Assembly: GCA_944322365.1 (NCBI GenBank)
Contig: CALUOW010000001.1
Coordinates: forward strand, 1 to 59,271
Source: an uncultured Bacteroides sp.
Lineage (GTDB): Bacteria > Bacteroidota > Bacteroidia > Bacteroidales > Bacteroidaceae
Reading direction: 5' to 3'
Length of the DNA stretch: 59,271 nt
This document shows, piece by piece, positions 53,232-59,271 of the stretch. The notes beneath the pieces are model-generated. The model made no database searches, was not told where the DNA came from, and saw nothing but the letters and a program-made list of their open reading frames with translations. The stretch's first letter is position 1. Each line of letters begins with the position of its first letter. The translations under genes and the position numbers were made by a program.

Positions 53232-56200
53232 ATCAAAAAGCTGAAACGAACCATACGCATCCTCGTCGGTATAGTGCTGGCATTTTATATCGGCGCCATC
53301 CTGTTGCTGAACCTTTCCTTTGTCCAGCATCAGTTGTCCGTGTTCTTGTCCGGACAATTGAGCGCCGCTTTGGGCGCCCGGATTAGCATCGGGAATGTAA
53401 ACCTGGGCTTGCTCAACCGCATCATTATCGAAGACTTGCAACTGGACGACCCTACGGGAAAACAAATGTTGAAAGCAGCCCGTTTGTCCGCCAAATTCGA
53501 CATTTTGCCCCTATTCAACGGACAAGTCTCCATCAGTAACATCCAATTGTTCGGCTTCGACATCGCTTTGGAGAAGGCCACCCCACAGAGCGACCCCAAT
53601 TTCCAATTCATCCTCGACGCCCTGGCTCCCAAGGACACGGTGAAGAAGGAAACCCGCCTCGACCTGCGCATCAACTCTTTGCTCGTCCGGCGAGGGGAAG
53701 TCTCCTACGACGTGCTTTCCGAGGAAAAGACGCCCGGCCGGTTCAATCCAAACCACCTGCGCCTGAATAATATCATTGCCTCCATCTCGTTGAAAGCGTT
53801 GCAAAGCGACTCTATCAATGCTTCCATCAAGAGATTGAGCGTCGAAGAACAAAACTCCGGCCTCCAATTGAAGAAACTAAGCCTCCGCCTCACCGGAAAC
53901 GAACAGGGCATGTATATGAATCAGTTTGCCATCGACCTGCCCCATACGTCCATACAAACGGACACGATCCATGTCCGATATGATAGCCTGGAGGCATTCA
54001 AGGACCCGATGCGACGCTTGCGCTTCGCCTTCCACTTGAAACCTTCCAAGATTGTACTGCAAGACTTGGCTCCTCTTTTGCCGGCTTTTTCCTCGTTCAA
54101 GGATCCTTTGTTGGCCGAAATCAAAGCCGACGGGCCTCTTGACCAACTGAATTGTTCGAGCTTTCTCCTCTCGTCTTTGCGAAGCCACTTTTATTTGCGG
54201 GGCGATGTTTCTTTCCAAGACCTCGCCACTCCCGGCGATGCCCGCATCTTTGCCAACCTGTCCGCTCTCCGCGCCGACTCTGCCGGCATAGCCTTCTTGA
54301 CGCGCAACCTGAACATAAAAGAGAAAGGCGCCTCCATACTTCAAAACCTTGGCTCCGTATTCTTCCGGGGAAAATTGTCCGGATACTTCTCCGACCTTGT
54401 CACCTATGGGTGGGTGCAAACCGATTTGGGGAATATCCAAACGGATATCAAGGTGACATCGGACAAGGGAAAAAATTCTTTGGCCTACTCAGGCAAGATT
54501 GCCACCGGGGATTTCGACTTGGGCGCCCTGCTGGCCAACGACAAGCTGGGAAAGATTGCCCTGAACTTGGACTTGAAAGGAGAAAAACAAAACTCCCCTT
54601 ACCCCTTCATCATCCTGAAAGGACTGATTTCTTCCTTGGATTACAGCCAATATACGTATCAGAATATTACTTTGGATGGAGAATACAAACAAGGAGGCTT
54701 CAACGGGAGAATCGCACTGGACGACACCAATGGCACGGTGGTCATGAATGGCTTCTTCAACACCGCAAGCGATACGCCCACCTTCAATTTCCTGGCCACC
54801 TTCGACCATGTGCGTCCCCATGACTTGCACCTGACCGACCAATATGAGGGAGCCGAACTTTCCGCCCGCCTGAAGGCTGATTTCATCGGTGGAAGCATCG
54901 AGCAAATGGACGGAGAAATCAATCTGGACAGCCTGACCTTTGTCTCGCAAGGCAAGCGACATTTCCTGGACAATCTGAGAATCAAGGCTGCCAACCCCCA
55001 CGGACAAGAAAAATCCCTCTCCATACAATCCAACTTCATGGAAGCTACCATCGCAGGCGACTATGCCTACCGCACCCTGCCTTCCAGTTTCCTGAACATC
55101 ATGCAACGCTATATGCCGGCATTGACCGATGCCCTCCCCAACAAGAGGCAGGAGTCTTCCCGAAGCAAAAACAAATTCCGCTTCGACTTGCATCTGTATG
55201 ACACCGACTTGGTTTCCACCCTCCTCAATTTGCCTTTGAAGGTGTACGCCCACTCCACGGTGAAAGGATATTTTGACGATGAAGCCAAACGTATGCGGAT
55301 AGAAGGCTATTTCCCCCGCTTGCGCTATAAAGACAAGTTTATCGAATCGGGCATGTTCTTATGTGAAAATCCGCACGACTTGTTTCATGCCTCCGTGCGC
55401 CTCACAAACCGCAAGCCTAACGGGGCCGTAAACATCTCGCTCAACGCGCAAGCCCGAAACGATAGCGTGCAAACTACTTTGAATTGGGGCAATAGCAGCG
55501 ATGTGACGTATAGCGGACGCTTGGCGACCCTTACCCGCTTCATTCGGGAGAATACGCCGGATTCGCTTCCCCTCCCCCATAAGCAAGTGCGGAAAGCTCC
55601 CCTCAAAACGATTGTGCATATCCAACCCACCGAAGTCATCATCAATGACACCACGTGGCAGATACGGCCTTCTGAAATCGTCATAGATTCGGGAAAGGTA
55701 CATATCGGCAACTTCAACTTCAATCACCAAGACCGTCACCTGAACATCAACGGCACGCTCTCCAAGTCTCTAACGGACACTGTGCGCATCGACTTGCAAG
55801 ATATTAATATAGGATATGTGTTCGACATTGCGGATTTGGGCGTAAACTTCCAAGGAGAAGCCACCGGGCCTGCTTTTGCCTGCGGCGTATTAGACAAGCC
55901 CGTGATGAGCACCGACCTATCCATCCGCAACTTCGGCCTGAACGAAGGCTTGCTGGGCGATGCACGAATACATGGTGAATGGCACCACGACGTGAAGGGC
56001 ATTTACCTGGATGCCCGCATCCGGGAGGGAGACATCGCACGGACCCATGTGCATGGCTTCATCTATCCCATCAAGCCCACCAGTTCGCTGGATTTGCAGA
56101 TTGATGCCGAGGGCACGAACATGAAGTTCATCCACCATTATATGCAGAGCATTACTTCCGACTTTGGCGGACGCGTATGGGGAGACGTACACTTCTATGG

Positions 56201-57782
56201 CCGCTTCAAGGCACTGACCATGGAAGGGCACGTCCGGGGAGATGCTTGGCTCAAGGTAGACGTGCTTAATACCACTTATTCTATCAAGGACAGCATCTTG
56301 ATTGAACCCAACGGACTGACATTCAGGAACAACCGGATTATAGACACGCAAGGGCATGAGGGAAGGGTCAACGGCTACTTGCGCTACCAGCACTTCAAGA
56401 ACCTGGCATACCGCTTCAACTTCGGGGTACACAACATGCTGGTGATGAATACCGTCGAGTCGCCCGATTACCCTTTCTTCGGAACCGTTTACGGGACAGG
56501 AAACGCCAGCATCGAAGGCAATGCCAACGATGGGGTCAGCATCAACGTGGCCATGACCACCAACAGGAATACCACCTTTACCTATATCAAAGACAATGTA
56601 TCCACAGCTGCCAACAACCAGTTCATCCGTTTTGTGGACAAGACGCCGCGCAGGATTACGCATGACAACACGCTGTCCGACTTTGAAACGGCACGCCAAG
56701 AAATAGAAGCCGATGCCGGGGAAAGCACCACGGACATCCGCCTGAACCTGCTGGTGGACGCGACGCCGGATGCCACCATGCGCATCATCATGGATCCCAT
56801 GGCCGGAGACTATATCAGCGCCAAAGGTTCGGGCAACTTGCGCACGGAGTTTTTCAACAAAGGCGATGTCAAGATGTTCGGTAATTACAGGATTGACCAA
56901 GGCATCTATAAATTCAGCCTGCAAGAAGTAATCCGGAAAGACTTCCTTATTGAAGAGGGCAGCAGCATCGCCTTCAACGGGTCGCCCTTGGATGCTTTCC
57001 TGGACATTCGGGCAGCCTATACGGTCAACTCGGCCTCGCTGAACGACTTGATTCCCGATGCCAGCAATTACGCCAGCCAAACCAATGTGAAAGTCAATTG
57101 CATCATGGACATCTCCGGGCAACTGACCTCGCCGGACATCAAGCTCGATTTGGAATTGCCCAATGAAAGAGAAGAGATACAAGCCTTGGTGCGCAACTAT
57201 ATCCCCACGGACGAACAGAAAAGCATGCAGATACTCTACCTTTTGGGAATAGGCAAATTCTATACGCCGGAAAATGCGGGCACCACGCAAAACTCGAACA
57301 TGATGTCCAGCGTGCTCAGCTCCACCCTTTCCGGCCAACTGAATAATGCTTTGTCCCAGATTATCAATAACAACAATTGGAACATAGGCACCAACTTCAG
57401 CACCGGGGAAAAAGGTTGGACCGACATGGAGTTTGAAGGAATGCTCTCCGGACAACTATTGAACAACCGCTTGCTTATCAACGGGAACTTCGGCTATCGC
57501 GACAACCCGCTCTCCAATACCAATTTCGTGGGAGACTTTGAGGCTGAATGGCTAGTCAACCGCTCCGGAGACATCCGCCTGAGAGCCTATAACGAAACGA
57601 ATGACCGCTATTACACCCGCACCAACCTCACCACCCAAGGCATAGGCATCATCTTCAAGAAAGACTTTGAACGATGGGAAGAATTGCTGTTCTGGAAGAA
57701 ATGGAAGTTGCGGCTCCTCCGCAAGAAAAGGCTGGAGAACCGGACGGACAGCCTCGCCAACGAAAAGGAAAAAGCAGAATGA
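53232..57782 (+). CDS. tamB: Translocation/assembly module TamB-like protein (DUF490)
   Basis: ~1500-aa beta-rich protein with N-terminal anchor and C-terminal LLNNRL..GDFEAE..TQGIG; start uncertain (ATC 53232 or GTG 53274). Confidence 0.85.
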   Translation: MKKLKRTIRILVGIVLAFYIGAILLLNLSFVQHQLSVFLSGQLSAALGARISIGNVNLGLLNRIIIEDLQLDDPTGKQMLKAARLSAKFDILPLFNGQVSISNIQLFGFDIALEKATPQSDPNFQFILDALAPKDTVKKETRLDLRINSLLVRRGEVSYDVLSEEKTPGRFNPNHLRLNNIIASISLKALQSDSINASIKRLSVEEQNSGLQLKKLSLRLTGNEQGMYMNQFAIDLPHTSIQTDTIHVRYDSLEAFKDPMRRLRFAFHLKPSKIVLQDLAPLLPAFSSFKDPLLAEIKADGPLDQLNCSSFLLSSLRSHFYLRGDVSFQDLATPGDARIFANLSALRADSAGIAFLTRNLNIKEKGASILQNLGSVFFRGKLSGYFSDLVTYGWVQTDLGNIQTDIKVTSDKGKNSLAYSGKIATGDFDLGALLANDKLGKIALNLDLKGEKQNSPYPFIILKGLISSLDYSQYTYQNITLDGEYKQGGFNGRIALDDTNGTVVMNGFFNTASDTPTFNFLATFDHVRPHDLHLTDQYEGAELSARLKADFIGGSIEQMDGEINLDSLTFVSQGKRHFLDNLRIKAANPHGQEKSLSIQSNFMEATIAGDYAYRTLPSSFLNIMQRYMPALTDALPNKRQESSRSKNKFRFDLHLYDTDLVSTLLNLPLKVYAHSTVKGYFDDEAKRMRIEGYFPRLRYKDKFIESGMFLCENPHDLFHASVRLTNRKPNGAVNISLNAQARNDSVQTTLNWGNSSDVTYSGRLATLTRFIRENTPDSLPLPHKQVRKAPLKTIVHIQPTEVIINDTTWQIRPSEIVIDSGKVHIGNFNFNHQDRHLNINGTLSKSLTDTVRIDLQDINIGYVFDIADLGVNFQGEATGPAFACGVLDKPVMSTDLSIRNFGLNEGLLGDARIHGEWHHDVKGIYLDARIREGDIARTHVHGFIYPIKPTSSLDLQIDAEGTNMKFIHHYMQSITSDFGGRVWGDVHFYGRFKALTMEGHVRGDAWLKVDVLNTTYSIKDSILIEPNGLTFRNNRIIDTQGHEGRVNGYLRYQHFKNLAYRFNFGVHNMLVMNTVESPDYPFFGTVYGTGNASIEGNANDGVSINVAMTTNRNTTFTYIKDNVSTAANNQFIRFVDKTPRRITHDNTLSDFETARQEIEADAGESTTDIRLNLLVDATPDATMRIIMDPMAGDYISAKGSGNLRTEFFNKGDVKMFGNYRIDQGIYKFSLQEVIRKDFLIEEGSSIAFNGSPLDAFLDIRAAYTVNSASLNDLIPDASNYASQTNVKVNCIMDISGQLTSPDIKLDLELPNEREEIQALVRNYIPTDEQKSMQILYLLGIGKFYTPENAGTTQNSNMMSSVLSSTLSGQLNNALSQIINNNNWNIGTNFSTGEKGWTDMEFEGMLSGQLLNNRLLINGNFGYRDNPLSNTNFVGDFEAEWLVNRSGDIRLRAYNETNDRYYTRTNLTTQGIGIIFKKDFERWEELLFWKKWKLRLLRKKRLENRTDSLANEKEKAE

Positions 57783-57792
57783 GACAAACGAA

Positions 57793-57837
57793 TGGCAACC
57801 CTAGAGAGCCGTAACGACACATTCTCTAGAGTTGCCA
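57793..57837. terminator. Hairpin between convergent tamB and nitroreductase genes
   Basis: TGGCAACCCTAGAGA / TCTCTAGAGTTGCCA near-perfect stem. Confidence 0.65.
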
Positions 57838-57858
57838 CTGCGCATAGTCCGGAGGGAC

Positions 57859-58422
57859 TCAAGGAATGAGGGTAATGGTTCCCTCCTTCACCTTCTTCTC
57901 TTTGGCAGGCGCGTCTTCAGGCTCGTAGCCCAAGGCGGCGCAACCATATACCTTGTGGTTGGCAGGCACGCCCAACTCCGTCAACAGGGTACGCACGCCG
58001 GGGTCGTCGCACGTCTGGCCTATCTGGTTAATCCAACAGGAACCGATGCCCAACGAGGCGGCAGCCAGGAAGATATTCTCCAAAGCGCAGGCGCAATCCA
58101 TCCCTGCCCACCATTGCGTAGGCTCGTTGGAGACAATCACCAGCGTCGGGGCATGATAGTAGCAGCAATAGGTCGTGCTATGCCCGCGTTCTTGCAAGCG
58201 GGGTTCGGGACTTTGGGCGAAGGCGCCTTTGACGGCTTCGTTCAGACGGTTCAATACTTCCGCGTTTTGGATGGCGGTGAAGTGCCACGTCTCCAGGTGC
58301 ATCCCGTTGGGCGCATAAGTGGCGGCTTCGAGGATGAGGGCCAAGTCCTCCTGGCTCACCTGTCGTCCGGTGTAGGCCCGCACGCTGTGCCGGGCCTTGA
58401 TGTTTTCTAATACAGCATTCAT
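57859..58422 (-). CDS. Nitroreductase family protein
   Basis: RHSVRAY, APNG..ETWHF, LGIGSCWI, LGY. Confidence 0.9.
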   Translation of the reverse strand: MNAVLENIKARHSVRAYTGRQVSQEDLALILEAATYAPNGMHLETWHFTAIQNAEVLNRLNEAVKGAFAQSPEPRLQERGHSTTYCCYYHAPTLVIVSNEPTQWWAGMDCACALENIFLAAASLGIGSCWINQIGQTCDDPGVRTLLTELGVPANHKVYGCAALGYEPEDAPAKEKKVKEGTITLIP

Positions 58423-58441
58423 ATCTCTATCGTTATTAAGG

Positions 58442-59271
58442 TTATCGTTTGATAAAGCCGATTTTGGCATTCAGCTTGAAATACCAGACGCCGTTCTCCC
58501 GCTCCAGGAATCCGTACTTGTCTTTTTCCAGAGCGCCTTTCTCCAAGCGGGTATGGCGATACAAGAACTCGGCAAGCACATCCGGCGCGCTGCGGTCGTA
58601 ACTGTAGACGCGACCTTCGCCATCCGTCAGAAGCATCCCGTCGATGGCCGAAGCCTGGCCGGCATAGATCTTGGCCGGACGCATCCCCAAGGCCAGGGCC
58701 AAGAGGAATTGCTTCACCTTGTACTCATAGAAACCATGCTTGCGGATAAGCTCGTCCTTAATCTTCAAGGGGTTGATGTCGCGCATCCGGGCGGTCAGTT
58801 CGGATATCCGGGTGATGCCTTCCAAGTGCATCAGGCGCACCATCTCCGCCAGCAAGCGGGGGAAGTGGAGGTCTATCATCAGCAGGTTGCAGCGGAAGAC
58901 GCGGTCGGCCACATCGTTGTACTTCAGCACGCCGCCCAGACGCTCTATCAACCGCATCCGCTCGGCCACCTCGGCAGGGCCTTCGGGCGAAGCGTTGATT
59001 TTGTTCACCGTAGGCACGGCAAACTTCACGCCCGTCTGCTCGAACTTCAGGTTGGCCGTGCGACCGCCGTCCAGCAAAGGATTCATCGGGGCCAGGCGGC
59101 AACGGACGACATAGCCGGCCAACGGCGCCTGGGGATGCCAAAAGGCGACGCGCAGGTCGGTGCGGTCGTCGGTCTTGGCCTCTAGGTCGTAGATGCGGAC
59201 GGCATTCAGGAAGTTCTCAAGGACATCGGGCACGTCCACCTCCTCGCCGGGTTGTTTGAGGAGCTCCAGCA
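58442..59271 (-). CDS. HpaII-family restriction endonuclease-like protein, 5' end outside the window
   Basis: Frame open to the window edge; resemblance to the Bacteroides HpaII-like family (TANLKF, ALGMRPAK, NTRLE-like, FKLN) recognised from memory. Confidence 0.65.
   Translation of the reverse strand, partial: LELLKQPGEEVDVPDVLENFLNAVRIYDLEAKTDDRTDLRVAFWHPQAPLAGYVVRCRLAPMNPLLDGGRTANLKFEQTGVKFAVPTVNKINASPEGPAEVAERMRLIERLGGVLKYNDVADRVFRCNLLMIDLHFPRLLAEMVRLMHLEGITRISELTARMRDINPLKIKDELIRKHGFYEYKVKQFLLALALGMRPAKIYAGQASAIDGMLLTDGEGRVYSYDRSAPDVLAEFLYRHTRLEKGALEKDKYGFLERENGVWYFKLNAKIGFIKR

Overview
Core-genome segment of a Bacteroidales (Bacteroides/Phocaeicola-like) chromosome, judged from gene content and TAnnTTTG promoters. 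It holds about 50 CDS (kbl/tdh, murB, pbuX-xpt-map, aspS, aguA/aguB, holA, pyrK/pyrD, trmD, ligA, dapA, gyrA, clpC, htpG, the moxR-bat operon, two HU paralogues, rimO, ftsY, rpmB-rpmG-DUF4295, cinA, tsaD, tamB, a partial HpaII-like gene) and two tRNA-Arg(ACG). I see no CRISPR array, prophage or transposase. The interesting signal is non-coding. (1) A ~500 bp AT-rich array of at least 11 copies of the 12-bp palindrome TTACA-NN-TGTAA lies directly upstream of an XRE-HTH gene. (2) A dif-like Xer site at 26431-26458 sits beside a second small HTH gene, suggesting this is the replication terminus and that the array and HTH protein may form an undescribed Ter-associated system. (3) Seven intergenic tandem arrays have 11, 21 or 22 bp (helically phased) periods, six built from palindromic units; two share a core with co-varying arms and two form an inverted pair 10 kb apart. 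tamB probably starts at a non-canonical ATC, and one HU paralogue appears membrane-anchored. All assignments come from reading the sequence by eye; no searches were run.
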